63,965 nucleotides of DNA, filler included, from Choristocarpus tenellus KU-1152 (GCA_964200185.2; 11 parts of 11 records of this genome joined end to end with filler, not necessarily neighbours in it); one strand, 5' to 3'; shown: positions 46,871 to 61,066, counted from the first letter of the whole stretch. Notes: a model not told the origin generated them from the letters alone. Numbers and translations: made by a program.

Positions 46871-49800
46871 CCTTGTGAGCTGTATGTTGGTGTTTAGAAC
46901 GGGTGAGAGAGAAATATGGCTGGGGTTGTATTTTATTCTTATCTTGGTCTTGAATGGTACTGTATGACCCAACACTGTTTTAGATAGTGGTTGAGAGCTT
47001 CGAGCGGGGACCATGGAAAGGAGATATACAAGAGATGCACTATTGGCGTAGCTGATTCTAACCATGATCATGTGGCCTACCTATAAACTTGCCTGCTGAT
47101 GGTCGCCTACAGTTTTGGTATTGATAGTTTTTGGACTGTTAAGGTGTTTTGTTTTACAGCATTGGGCAAAGATGGCGCCATCTTTAGGGCTGCCAAGAGA
47201 TACTCAACTGCAGCGATCAGTCTCCATTGCTGTTGTTCCACTTTTAAGAGGCTGTTTAGATGTTGGCATTCTTTTTCACTGCTCATGTTGCGTACAGTGT
47301 AGAATTTGCCTGTAGCAACCAGTATGTACTGCTTTGGTTCACAGTGAGGGTCTGTGTTGTTACTAGTCTTGACGTCCATCATGACAGAGTGCGTCTCTTT
47401 AGGTAGGGGGCAGATGAATTTCAAGTGCATGTTTGTGATGTCAGTCATGCAATTTTTGCAGCTCCTGCTTGTAACAACTGCCTGAACAATGAAAGCAAAC
47501 CCTATATTCCCTTTTCCTCTTCATTTTTTGTTGTGTAATGGTGTAAAGATCATCTTTTTACAAACACCAGGTCCTGCAGTTGTAGCCAATGTGATTACTC
47601 TCTGTATGCTCTATGTACATACGCAGTTGCGGCACGTTGGCTCTCTCCAATCCAAGATTCATGCAGGCACTACGAGCCACCTTGAGTTATTGTTTGCCGG
47701 CCTATCTGCCACTGCAATCAAGCAGTGAAGCTGTGAACAGGAGGTGTAGGGCAGCTCCGCAGACCTCTTCTCAGTGCTTATATCATGGTGTGCACCAAAG
47801 GATTCAAAACGGTTAAATTTTTTGCCAAAATACGGTCAAGAGGTCTGTGACAGGACCTCAGGTTCATCACTTGATTTTTAGATCCGATTGCCCCCAAGGC
47901 CGAAGTACTTTGAGTTCTGTTGCATGATTGCGTGTATGACATGGACACTCCACAAGGTCCACTATATGAAGCTTTGCACTCATCCCCACAAATTCCTCCT
48001 ACAAAGTGTCGGATTTTTTTTGGCAATTGGGAATGCACTGTCCTACTAAGATCCCCTAGTGAGAACTGTGTGTGAGAGTATCGAACCAACTGTGTTGATG
48101 TTTGGGGGCACCTCTTTGCATGGGAGATGAGATTCTTCCAAAGGTGTTGATGTTTGGGAGCTTAGAGGAGGAAAAGAGAAGCAGGTTAGACCAGAGAAGA
48201 ACTGGCAGATGAGCCTGAAAAACAGCCCCGAGGAGTTTTGGACCACAGTTGAGGGATAGACCACAAGGGCAGTCATCCGTCAGAGGTGGTGCAGGTGTGT
48301 GGTTGGCCAACATGCGTTATGACAAAGTGGCATTCCAAGGAAGCTGTGAATTCCTGGTGCATGTCATGCTGAAGCAGTAGCTAAAGCAGTCCAAGCAACC
48401 AACAAATCTCTGTGCTGATTACTGATTTCTCAATGTGTCGATTTTTCAGGTGATATTTCTTGTGTCGTTTTTTTTTTACATGACTAAGGTTTTGTGGGTG
48501 TCAGTGCGTTATACGTGGGCTCTCTTCGTTACCCTCAAAGAGACACTAGCTTCTTTTCACGACATTTCCTTTCTTTTACCTTCCAGAGTGTATCTCATAA
48601 TCAATACATGTTGCCTTCTTCTGACTACCTTTTGGCAATGGGCCTTGGACCCGTAGACTGATGTGAAGAATGATAAAGAAATAATAGAACTCCAAGCTGC
48701 AGCGGTTGTCATAGTGAGTGCATGTATGGACTGACTGATTCCTCTTGTTGCCATCTCCTCTTTCTTAGTTCTGTCGCTCAAAGTAGTAGTCTTATTTTTT
48801 TTGTCACTTTTTGTGAAAAGCGGTTACTACATACAGAATAATGTATTTTCAAGGTTGAATATCATGAACTGGAGACAGGTTATGGGAGATCTTCTACCCG
48901 GCAAGCATTAATGTGACATCATTTTGTTGGCCAGCTCCACATGAAGCTCCAAGAAATATGTAGACGCCTACACCGGGTAAACCTTGATCTACAAATGGCC
49001 AGGCGACCACTATGGAAAAAGTCGTGCTATGGAACCAATACTAAATCACACACCCCCAACAGACACTGAGGAAATTCGTTTATAGCATCCTATTGTCCAA
49101 GAAGTCAATAAAGAGTCAAGCAGGGTGAATGTCCAAGGAGGTTGTGTGTGCTGAGTAGAAGGAGCGATTAATGCAGGTTTGTGTGTTTCAATGATCGTGT
49201 ATGGGGGGTTACAGCCAAGGAGGCCACAGTGCCTGCTGTGAAGACCTGCATTGGCCTCATTGCAAGCCTTTGCTGCATCTGCCTGCTACATCAAACTGCT
49301 AGTTTTGTAATACTTTGACAATGGTGTCAGAAGAAAAATCCATCATGATGTTGAAAAAGTAATGACATCTTGTAACCCAGAAGAAAGAAAAATGATGTAT
49401 CCTCAAATACTCCCCTATGTGTGCTTGAGTCATTATTGTTAAACATCCCGTTGAATTCCACAGGCCACACTCCAGTATTACGGAGTACATAAGGACATTA
49501 AAGGTTGTATGCTGAGGCAAAGGTGCTTCTAGCTGCATGGCCTGTAGGCATAATATGACTGGCATGCATATTCGCATGTGAAATTCCTGACATCATTTGA
49601 TGTAGGAACGACGTTAAACTTGGTACTACTGTGCTGTTTTGTGCAGTGCCTTTTAGGGAAGAGGGGTGCAGACAAATTTGAAGAAAACCGAGCTAACAAC
49701 CAAGCGCCTGCTCACTGCGTGTCTGTAAGGCATAAGGCACAAAGTGTCGATGCTCTGAATAGCAAAGTGTTGATGATAGCAAGGCACAATAAGCAATCAG

Positions 49801-51620
49801 AGGGGCAGAGAGACATACTGTAGCATGAAGTATGCATTATCTTTTTTGTGTTTTTTAAATTGACTCCTCATTGATGCCAGTGTAGGAGGATGGCCCTTGA
49901 GGAAGCACTTTGACACCTAACTTTCAGAAAAGGACCTACCTGGATTTGGTGATATCTGCTATAGCAAGGGGATCCATTCTGTGGCACTGACTGCCGTAAA
50001 AAGTAACAGTGTAATAAAAATATTGTGTAAGAGAGAGGTCCGCACATTGTACTACACAGATGAGGTGCAATACTTAAACAAGAGCACTAATAGAATTATT
50101 ACACTGTAATGTTAGCACCGTTCTGAACTATAATGACAACCGGCACACTCGCTACGCATTGAGCTACCAACTGTGACAATATATACGCTCATTCAAACGA
50201 TATCCTCCCACTCGACAAATCAAAGTGGGGGTAGTCACCATCAGGTTCCACATGAAGGTTAGACCCTATTGGACATGTCAATGCCAGCAATCCACCACGT
50301 ACAACAACCATAGCGTCAGTCAAAAAGGGAGAGATCTTCACACAGTAGTAAATGCAATCTGATAATAGGTGTACACAACTTGCTAAAAGTATTGACACCT
50401 ATGCCATCGCCATGACTTCATCCCTTGGGTAATTCAGGTAACATTTTTAGCAGGTGTATCACACCTCACCGTTACTAAAAATGCCTCCAAAAAATATGCT
50501 TCTGAGACTTTTTTGGCGAGCGCCACAGTCTGTCGCACTCAAGAAAATTCTAGTGATTTGGAGTGCCTAAAAAAATTATCTCCGCCCCAGATTGTCACGC
50601 AGACTCATTAATTTAATGTTCTGAGTTCATTTTTAAATAGTGCAACAGTTGTACACTGCTACTAATATAATAATATATTTCAAATCACTCTTAATACTAT
50701 ACCACTTCTGCACTAGTAGTATTGTGGAGTCCCAATGGGAAGTGCGTAATATTTTCAATGACACTATTGTATTATTATTATTTACTCACCCTTTAGTCTG
50801 CATAAAATTTCTTCACTACCTCCACCCTACCAAGCCCCCTTGACCAATGGTCAGATCATGGTGCACGCTGCAGTATTTCTACCCTATGAACTAACTATTG
50901 CACTACTACAACTAGTTGCATTGCTCCCTCTATTCCATGACATTTCCTCACGAGCTGGGTTCATCCATCCCACTTTTTGTCATTCCACGTACTTCCTCAA
51001 ATATGGTGCACACTCTCAGTTTGTGACAACGCTTCACCATCACAAGTCCAGATCTTCTGCGTCCCATTTTGTGGTTTAGGGTAGGGTTACCCAATCAAAA
51101 AATGTCCAACAACTTGAAGGGGGCTTCAACATGGTTTCATCTTTATCTATGAGTTTTGCTTTAAGTAAGAACAGCTCTGAAGGTGTAATCCATACACAAG
51201 AATGAAAATAAAAATATACACACAGACATACACTGTTAAAACATAGGCTACTCATTTGTTTCTTGTTGATATGATACACAATACTACCANNNNNNNNNNN
51301 NNNNNNNNNNNNNNNNNNNNNNNNNNNNNNNNNTTAATTAATTAANNNNNNNNNNNNNNNNNNNNNNNNNNNNNNNNNNNNNNNNNNNNGGAATGGCATG
51401 CAGTACAGCTCTTGGGAAGAGATATTATTGGGAGGGGGAAACAGGAATGGATGTGAACTTGCCCACAATATCCTCATTGTGAGAAGGACACAGTTTCATG
51501 TTTCTTGTTAACTGTACCAGATACCGTATCTGACACTGCAGGAATTGTATCATACGTGGTGGTGCTTCCAAGTATCCAAACCAGTCTCATCACCTGATGA
51601 ATAGTTGAAGAGAAGGCAAT

Positions 51621-52036
51621 GGACAGGGGAGGAGGACAGGATATCGGAGAGCACTCACCAGAGATGTTGGGGGAAGAATGGCCTCCTATTGAAGTTTTAT
51701 TTCTGCAGAAGGGCAAGCCTTTACGTTTGGACGAGGGCTTTGGCTTGGTGGGAGCTGTAAAGTATGAGAAGGACTTTGTAGAAACGTGCATCAGTCACAC
51801 TACCTGATCCTAACCTATAGTGGACAGGGGACGAGGACAGGATCTCGAAGAGCACCCACCAGAGATGTTAGGGGAAGGATGGCTTCCTATTGGACTTTTC
51901 TTATTGTAGAAGGGCAAGCTTTTACCTTTGGACGAGGACTTTCACTTGGTGGGGGCTGTAAAGTATGAGAAGGATTTGTAGAGTATGAGAAGGATTTGTA
52001 AAGAAGTGCATCAGTTATTCTACCTGTTCCTAACCT
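51621..52036. repeat. Diverged tandem duplication, 2 units of about 201 bp
   Basis: GGACAGGGGA...GCTGTAAAGTATGAGAAGGA...CTACCTG(A/T)TCCTAACCT starts at 51621 and 51822. The second unit contains an extra short internal duplication. Confidence 0.85.
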
Positions 52037-55000
52037 GGGGATGGCAAATGGAGCAATCTTGTTCGACAGGCAAGCAAACTGCGGTTATTGGTTTGGGGGG
52101 CTAATGTATGATAGAGGAAACGGTTGCAGGTGAAGATGCCTTGTGAGTCTTGGGCAAGGGGTTGCCAAACCCCCATTGCCCCCAAGGGTGTCCTGTTGAC
52201 ATATTTATAGCTAGCCGATCATGCTGCTTTAGACTGGCAAAGAAGACAAGTTCATCATAAGACCTGCACCAGGAATACTTGCTGTGATTAAAGGTGGGGC
52301 AGACAGCTTTGATGGGTGACAAACAGGCTATATGGAGAGGGTACATATGGGGAAACTGGTCAAAACCAGGCTGGGCTTGGTGGGTAGCGAGTGCTATATA
52401 ATATGGGTGCTACCCATAGGTCATCATAGGAAGAGGTTTGGTGAAGGAAGGAGGCTTACTCAGGAGAGAGGAGTACAGGAGACACAAGGAAGTGGGAGAC
52501 TATGCTGTATTCAACAGACTCTTGCTGCAGGAAAATACATCATGCAACTGCAGAGACCATAGTAGTAGACCAGAAGACAGGTAGACTCCTAAAGCTACAT
52601 TGACTGACTTCATCTGCAAGCAAATGGGGGACTCCAAGGTCAGAGGGCGGTATCAAATTTCCAGTGTACAGATAACTCTGGTGAAATTGATATAGTAGAC
52701 TGTTTGATCAAAGCCGGTGCCATCTGGAAGACTTCAAATCTGGAATGCAGGAAAGTCTATGAAATTGTCAACTCAAAGACTTTTGACCAAGGATGAGGAG
52801 TAAGGTGGGGAGGGAGATGCAGGAAGCAGGAGGCACACAAGCAGCACAGTGTCTAAAATTGATTCATCGATGGATAGTGAGTAACTTGTCCTTGTATGAT
52901 GTACTTCCCTTCTTTATGTTCATATCAACTGGGGCTGTGAACATACGTTGCCAGTTCCGATGTTCTTGGATTAGTAACTACTTCCTTTACTTGAACATCA
53001 CGGCGTTCTGTTGGAGCTGGGCTCTCAACATTCTCTGAACTTCACCAACATCAAGTTATCTCTTCCATGTGTTATTTGTTGATGATGTTCTTGTTTGCTA
53101 CACAGTAATTTTCAGCACTTTGTAGTGAAATATGTGAAAGGTGTCACGACTACTAAATGATATGTACTTCGATATTTTTGTAATTATGAAGGAAGGGCTA
53201 AACGTGAGGCACACTAAAGAGGTGGCCTGCGTAAATAGGCGAGGAATTGTACGGAGAGGGAGTGACAGGGTAACCGAAGGTCTTTTTTGGGCAGGTCTCA
53301 AAATGTGTGGAGGATGCTCCTGCTTCAAATGTAGCACCCCAGAGAAGAAGTAGCTTATGGCACTTTAGATACATTGCCACTACCTCGATCACTCGTAGCA
53401 TTCACTCTTCCAAGGCACTCCCCCCCAAAAAACTTTGCAGACTCTATGGTTAGTTTCTACAATATGGTTTAAGTTGACTCCTTAAAGCTTATCATTTATG
53501 GCCTGGTCTCCCCTTTCTCTTCGCCCTCCTGCAATTCGTGATCGCAACCTCAACTACAGTAATAGGACATCACATTCCCTAAGCAGGTGGCAATAGCGAC
53601 CACATGCTCAGGAATCGTCAAGTTTGCACTATATGTCATTTGCCACTGCTGTGAGTACACAAGAGAAACACATTGGGGTAGTGGAACATCGCGGGGGCAG
53701 GCTACGGAACGTAGAAACCATTGAGTTGTCAATGGTATACAAGGAGAGGACTATTGGTAGCATAGAGTCCACGGGTTTGTTACCTGAGAGTGGTAAGGTG
53801 GAAGGGTAGTGAGTGAGGGAGCATCAAGGGCAGGGAGGGAGACAAAGTTCGAGTCGTTTGCGTCCAGGAGATAGCCTTGTGGGTAGATTCCACTTGGTGA
53901 GAGACAGGTAGAATGCCACTCAGCACTTGCCAGTTATATACTTTGGTGATTTACTGTTGGAAGTAGCTTTACCTTAATTTTGAATGGCATAGTCATTATG
54001 TGCAGGAGAGAGAAAGTTGAAAACATTGAGAGGAAGAATACTCAAGGTGTGATGGGACTAAATATGGAAAGCAATGTGACAAGGACAGGGGTATCAGGCA
54101 ATGACAGCTAAGATGTAGTGGAGAGAAAGAGAGGTAGAGCAGATATAGACTCTGAGTCAAGGTAGATAATGGGAGAAGGTTGGAAAGAGATTTTCATGCT
54201 GGCAACAGGACAAGCAATGACTAGAGTAATGGAAAGCAATAGAAAGGAGCAATTGAGAAGAACGGCAACAGTGACAAAAGACTGATTAGACAGATTTAAG
54301 AGTAAAGTCATGTGAGTGGATCTGCACAGGGAGAAGGTCATGTAAGGAGAAGCTGCAAGATGAGAAGATCGAGATGGAGGAAGGACAGCAGGACATAAGA
54401 AAATATTGAAGAACAAGGCCTTGGGCTTGTGTGGAGTCCTGCAAGGCGGGGTTAGACGCCAAGCAAAGGTATTTTGTTGACACAGGAGTCTCTACTTCCC
54501 TCCAACACACTATCCAAAATTCCTCATCATCCTACCTAAGAGTTCAGCCCCCATCTATTTGGTCGACTAGAGTGTGCTTATTTGTGTTCTGCCTTTTTCC
54601 CCTATATCCCTATTTCTACTTGGTCCTGTATTGTGTTGTAGTGAACCAAGAGATTGAAATATTGTACTCTTGCAGGTTTGTTGATGTGGTTTATGGAAGG
54701 TGATATATTAGTCTGCTTTTGCATGCTGGATGCCGGGGGAGCAAAACCTTCCCCTCTCCCAAATAACTTGCCCTTTTAGGTTTAAATGTTGACGTGTTTT
54801 CTCCTCTTTATTCTTCCTGGAATGGATCGTATGTTTTGCATCCAGTCTTACTTCTCATTTCTAAGCACAATTTTGACCTGTGATTCCATTCCTGTGTAGT
54901 ACCTCATATACATACTTTAAATATGTAAGCAACTACTGCAATCCTTCTGAACTAGTCTTTCACTGCTGCCAACATTAATTCTTGATCCGTAAGGACAGGC

Positions 55001-55163
55001 TGCTTAGATCACAACAACAATTTCCCCGACCTAACAATAGAGGCAGAGCTGTACAAGAGTGTGATCTTTGCTTTCCAGCATACCTAGCAATATTTGCATG
55101 ACAGGAAATGACTGCATTTCAATTCGATAGGAATCACTGCTGTAGCAGTATGAAGTGTTTCCT

Positions 55164-55507
55164 CCTTCACGCGGTTATCTTTCCTCTTCTAAGGCTTTGA
55201 CAATTTTTTTGCAGGTGGCACAAGGTGTGCATCAATACCATGCACTAGGAGATGTCAAGAAAATGATAGATTGTAGTGATTGAGCTCCTGTGTACCACCT
55301 CTTAGGAGGGAGTCAACGACAAAATGTGATCCAAGTTCAACCTCGCAATGTCATTGTTGTTTCCCTCCTAAGAGGTGGTGCACAGGAGCTCAATCACTGC
55401 AATCTATCATTTTCTTGACATCTCCTAGTGCATGGTATTGGTGCACACCTTGTGCCACCTGCCGAAAATTGCCAAAGCTTTAGAAGAGGAAGGATAACCC
55501 TTGAAGG
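55164..55507 (+). ncRNA. Long foldback, candidate miRNA/hairpin-RNA precursor
   Basis: Arms of about 165 nt are near-perfectly complementary around a short loop near 55330-55343. Most arm differences are G:U pairs on the plus strand. No expression evidence. Confidence 0.5.
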
Positions 55508-57827
55508 GTCTATTAGAGGTGATGAGAGCCTTCTTGTTCTGTTTGCTGCATGTCTTTCCCCATTGCAAGTGAACAATGGTGATATTGAGTCACTTTTGAT
55601 TGATCGTAGGTGAGTCACGTCTCTCTCCACATGATTGAGATCGTAGCATTGCAGTGATGCAGGCCTAGATAATGGCAATTGAGAAGGTCTTATTGAAATA
55701 TGTCTATTTCTTATCTTTTGAAATGGTGTCAACACTCAGAAGTAGATGGTTATACTTCAGATTTTCTACGATGGTTTCTAAGACTGTGCTAACTAACGTG
55801 TTTACAAATTCTACTACACATGAATGTTTCTGCTTTATTTTCCGAATACAATATTATGAGAGAGGGAAGATCTATTTCTTCACATTGTGTAGAGGATAAT
55901 AATGCTATCTTCCCCAATTCCTTCCTCTGTGTTCAGTAGTGAAGATGTGGTCTCTCTGCCTACATCCTTGTATGCAAATGCAAAGTGCATTGTCTAACCA
56001 GCCACTGTTTGTCTCTCCCCACCTTCGAAGGTGCACCCTCAACGATTCATGGACCTGCCTCGGTGACCAAAGTGTATTGCCAAGCTTATCCATTGTGAAA
56101 GGGATGTGAAAGGGGTATATATGAGCGGAGGAATGGGCAACACAGCATTGGCACAGCCCTATATGACCTGGTGTGCAATTAGTCATGCTGTATACCACTC
56201 TCGGTTGTACTTAGTAATGGTGTTAGACTACAGCACAGCCACACCTTGAGTGAAGGCAGGAGCGCTGCGCGCCTTAAGTGTACAATGGGCTAGTTAGTTA
56301 CTGCGAACTGAATGGTCTGATTACCTATTTTTATTGTTGGTTGATTGATTGGTTGGTATACTGTTGCGATGGACTTTGCGCCTAGGCATGTTTCTTCAGT
56401 TTAGTGAGTTTAGTCAGTGGCAATTTATCTTTATTTTTCCTACTTTTTCATGTGCAAGTAATTGGTAATGTTTACTCTGGCAAACTTTATTGGTAGTTCT
56501 TGTATTTTCTTATTTTTGTGACTTGCACACTTAACTGACACCTATGTACCATATACAAACAAATGTGAATTCCAGTACTGTTCCTGCTACAGTTCTGACT
56601 TGATGTACATTTTAGGCTCGAGACGTGACGCCCCAGCAGTAGGGGGGCGGGTGCAACTTGTCGTTTTTCTTTGTTAAGTAAGAGCATAAGGTTATATGAA
56701 TTGAACGGTAATTTTGTTCCTGTGGTTCTTTTCACTGAGTACCTTGCTCATCAAGTGTAAAAAGTAATCCAAAATCACGCATTTCTATTAATATGGTAAT
56801 ACTTGAACTAAAATATTATATTTGTATGTGAAGACTCAGAATTTCGCTTAAGGAGTGTTTTTGTCCATTCCTCTCCTTTGTTGAAGAATTAGTGAGTTGT
56901 ACTAAATGAGTTTTGGATGACACACAATAAAGATTTGTAAATGTCGTTATATTTATCTTCCTCACATGTTCTCTCTCCCTCCAATATGAGAAAATGTCTT
57001 TCACTGACAAAGCTCTATGTCCTCCAGCCAGTATCAATTATTTTCTGAATTAGAAGGTGAAATCAAGTTTATAATCATCTGGAGGAGTGTATCATAACAT
57101 GGAAATCAACTCTATAAATACATCTTCAGGGTATTGAAGGGAAAAAACTGGGCATTACAGAGTGCACCTTGATTTTCTACAGAGGATAAAAGACAAATAA
57201 GATACCAAACAGGAATATTGTGTAGGGGCAACGAAAATTACCTCAACGCCCTGCATTCCAAGGGCATAGGTATTTGACTGCCAATCTGCCACGGTGAGCC
57301 TTTGTTCAAAGCTTCAGGCATGCTGTAACTGCCCCCCCTACATTTGCTTTGAAACATTTGCTTTGAACAACATGACCACAACTGCTCAAAGAGCCATCGC
57401 AAAATATCCCTTTGGGCTGCAGAAGCTCGTGCATATATGTTGTGTGTACCAGGTGACAGTCACATGAATGCACTTCCCAGTATAGGGCATTTGCAATGAC
57501 ATCAGCTCCATCTGCATTGTCCTACATGCTCAACCAATTTCGAAGGACACTTCTGTACGATATGCATCACATCTGCCTGCATAGATGTCCCCCCTACCAC
57601 TCTGACAAAATTTGCAATCTCCAGGGCTACCTTGTCTGGCCTCAGTCGCATTTGAGCCAGGAGACCATGAAGTGGTGGGCAGCCAGATGACCTGCCTTAC
57701 TAACTGCAATGTGGGCACACATTTTCAGGATGTGTTCCACCTACTTTGGATTTTGGAGTTTGTTTTGTCGAGGATCGTATCAAACATCGTATGAAAGGCC
57801 TCTCCCTTTTGACCTAGAGTCGTGCTT

Positions 57828-58005
57828 GACATTGGTGGCATTGAACTGTCCAACAACGTCTACTTCCAACAACAACACATGGTCTACTCTCACAAGAAAC
57901 ACGACAGTGACCACCCGACATTGGTGGCATTGAACTGTCCAACAACGTCTACTTCCAACAACAACACATGGTCTACTCTCACAAGAAACACGACAGTGAC
58001 CACCC
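57828..58005. repeat. Exact tandem duplication, 2 x 89 bp
   Basis: GACATTGGTGGCATTGAACTG...GACAGTGACCACCC starts at 57828 and 57917. Confidence 0.92.
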
Positions 58006-58143
58006 CCCACTCTGATTCGACCTGTGGGAATATATCATTCGATCAAGTGGACGACACATCGTCATGAGGAATGTGGAATTTTTATCGAAATGTTCTTTCC
58101 AATCATGTAATAACAATCAAAACAATATCTCATAAACGTATAT

Positions 58144-58215
58144 CGACCTCGCCGGGAATCGAACCCGGATCTCGCCCTTGACAGGGGCGAATGCTAACCA
58201 TTATACCACGAAGCC
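58144..58215 (-). tRNA. tRNA-Asp (GTC), intronless
   Basis: GGCTTCGTGGTATAATGGTTAGCATTCGCCCCTGTCAAGGGCGAGATCCGGGTTCGATTCCCGGCGAGGTCG. Acceptor stem GGCTTCG/CGAGGTC, anticodon stem CGCCC/GGGCG with loop CTGTCAA, T loop TTCGATT, discriminator G. Confidence 0.95.
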
Positions 58216-58912
58216 AAATCATATATTCATTTCTTATGGTTGGATCTAATTAAACATTCCTACTTCATGCGATTTTCATCGCTCTACATTATTACCCACC
58301 AATTTTATTATTCCATATTGCTTCATTCTTACTTCCATTTTGATTTTCATCTTATCTCTTTTTTTTCTGAATTTTCATTTTTCTCTATATTACATTTTCC
58401 ATTTTTTTTACACTGGTCTGAGACAAACTCAACGTAATGTGAAGGCAATGAAAATAATAATCACGAGTAAAACCATTTTGGGGCAATGCCTGTTGATGTT
58501 AAAAAGACCCTTTGAGGCATATGTCACCATTTACGGCCTGATATCCCGTAGAGTTTATCTTCTTCCAAGAAATAGTTTTTACAAAGTGCCATCAACATGC
58601 ACATGACTTGTATCATGCACTCATTCATGCATGATAACCCTAACCCATTATAATTTGATGAGTCTGCAAACAGTTGGTGATGCAGAGAACAGAAGTGTAG
58701 TACATATCAATCTCACAGTACTATCTAAATTCTGTCTGTGCCTAACGTATCAAAGCAAGTGCAGTCAATACATTCACTTTTCTTCCTGTGAAGCAATAGT
58801 ACGTGGGCAAAATATGTATTATCAGCCCACTCTCTTGACCCGTTCGTTGCCTCCAACTCGAGAAAATATTGCGTGAATGAAACATTTATTTGGAGAGTAA
58901 GAGGACCATTCT

Positions 58913-59172
58913 GAGTCAAATCAACTGAGAGACAGGCAGGGTTGCGTTTTAGGGATCCCAAGGAAGTGCAAAAAAAAACTCTTTTGTACCATTATTGGAG
59001 AAAGAACCTTTGCAGGTTGTGGAGTCATTTTGTCTGTAGAATGGAGGAATAACAATTTTGTGTACACTATTGTGCACATAAGGCAGTGAGATGGAGTGTA
59101 TTGCACAGGGTGAGAAATATGGTTGAGAATGCAAAAGGGCTCAAGCCTGACACCTCTCAATTGGTTTGACTC
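58913..59172. mobile_element. MITE family E, intact
   Basis: TIR GAGTCAAATCAACTGAGA / TCTCAATTGGTTTGACTC; flanks TCT/TTT; second copy at 454. Confidence 0.8.
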
Positions 59173-60114
59173 TTTATTGCCTCCACCTAAGCAGCCCCCA
59201 AAGTGCCAGACAAGACAAGTCGTAACTTTTTGGCAACAAGGCTAAGTCGTTGAGACATTGACAGGTGACATATTATCACGCGATGATGATCTCATCCCTC
59301 TTCTTCCCGTACCAAGGAGTACGGAATTCGAAGTATAGCCTTCTCGTGTCTCATCACCCCCATTTATCTGTGTCCGTGGTGCTGCACATGTTCCCTGTAA
59401 TATGGCAGTCACACCGGCACCTGACCAGATTGAAAGGAGGTAGTACTGGTCTGACATCTGAATACGTGCGACGTTCGGATCATTTTGGTGATATTGACAT
59501 GCCACACCTTGATATAATGAGAACAGTTGAAACATACCTTACGAAACACATCATTTCAATGAACCAAACATCCGACCTGATACCATATTGAGTGACCCTC
59601 CTCAAGTCTTATCTTCAGTCTTTGATGTTGAGCATTGAGGACATTACATAATCCCAACTAGGTGCTCGAACTTGGAGCATGAAATGCCTTTCACATTTAT
59701 GACCAAATTGTGCAAATAGGCACATGGTGGAGGGTAAGCCACAAATCCGTTACAATCTACGCGTGCTATACGATGATACATTTGCCCACCTTCAGGTGTG
59801 TCTGGACATTTTGAACCGAAACCACGAATGCTTGAGAGACATACATGTGTTGTAGGACGAAATCGGAAAAATAATGGTTGCAACCCAAAATGACTTGTTC
59901 CCTACAACTCATCATATTGTAATATTTTCTTTACAATTTGTAACTAGAATTCTATGTACCTCGGAATCACATGCACTCAGACGAACATCCTACGGCAATC
60001 GGATCTGCCACATGGCAGATGGAGCTACAATGGGTAAGTTCATGCTGTACAAGTTGTACGTCAATAGTACAGTAACAGCAGTATATTGTAGTAGTAGGAT
60101 GGATTGTTTTACTT

Positions 60115-60373
60115 GAGTCAAAGTATCTTAGAGGGTAGAGCCGCGTCCATATGGGGGTCAAAATCCAACGTTGCGATTTTGATGTAATTTTGGCTATCGT
60201 GTTTGTCAGGAGGTATCAATATCCTTGTTCCGGACACACCTTTTCATAATGTATACATTTTACGTACTCCGAAATATTTTGGAGTAGGAAAATGTCATAA
60301 AAAAACCCGAGGGAAGCCAAGCCCCAAATGGACAAACAGAGCAAAACTCGTACCCTCTAAGATACTTTCACTG
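60115..60373. mobile_element. MITE family C
   Basis: GAGTCAAAGTATCTTAGAGGGTA...TACCCTCTAAGATACTTTCACTG. Confidence 0.9.
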
Positions 60374-60807
60374 ATATTTTTTCGTCTTTCACCTTCTTTG
60401 TTTGGAGTCAAAGGGACTACACACTTCACTCTACTTCTCATAAAAACTGTTGCACTACAACTAATTGCATATGCCTCTATTTATCCCTTACTTCTCAAGT
60501 GGTGAGTTTGCAAGCATTCCAAATATGTGCTGTTTTGAACTGTGACAGTTAATTTGGCTTCAGTTCAATTAACAAAATAACCGAACCGATAAATTTCAGT
60601 TAATGTTTTCAAGAATGACAATACAATCAGAAGTAGTGTGACTGAAAGTGTTAGAGGTTACAGAACCACACAACATAATACTAATTGTCACAACAAGGTG
60701 CAACACCCGCAACTCGCTACATGTGCATAGATTCGGATCTGCCTGCTGAAACCTGTTGGGACTATGTAGTTCCTTGTCTCCTGACCTGAAAGTTTGATCT
60801 AAGAAAT

Positions 60808-61066
60808 GAGTGAAATTATCTTAGAGGGTATGGATTTTGCCCTGTTTGTGCATTTGTTGCTTGTCTTTCCATGGGGTTTTTACGACAATTTCCTACTCCA
60901 AAATGTTTTGAGTAGGTAAAATGTATATTCGTTATGAAAAGGTGTATCCGGAACATGGATATTGACACTTCCAAACAAACACGATAGCCAAAATTACATC
61001 AAAATCGCAACGTTGGATTTTGACCCTCAAATGGACGCGGCTCTACCCTCTAAGATGCTCTGGCTC
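60808..61066. mobile_element. MITE family C, inverted relative to 60115-60373
   Basis: GAGTGAAATTATCTTAGAGGGTA...TACCCTCTAAGATGCTCTGGCTC. Confidence 0.9.

Noticed and set aside
50140-50172. tRNA 5'-half-like GGTAGCTCAATGCGTAGCG on the minus strand
   Set aside because: No T arm or acceptor stem; at most a relic.
5001-51389. Regularly recurring TTAATTAATTAA flanked by N runs, resembling a repeat array
   Set aside because: Artificial six-frame-stop contig linker; ORFs ending in XXXLIN are artefacts.
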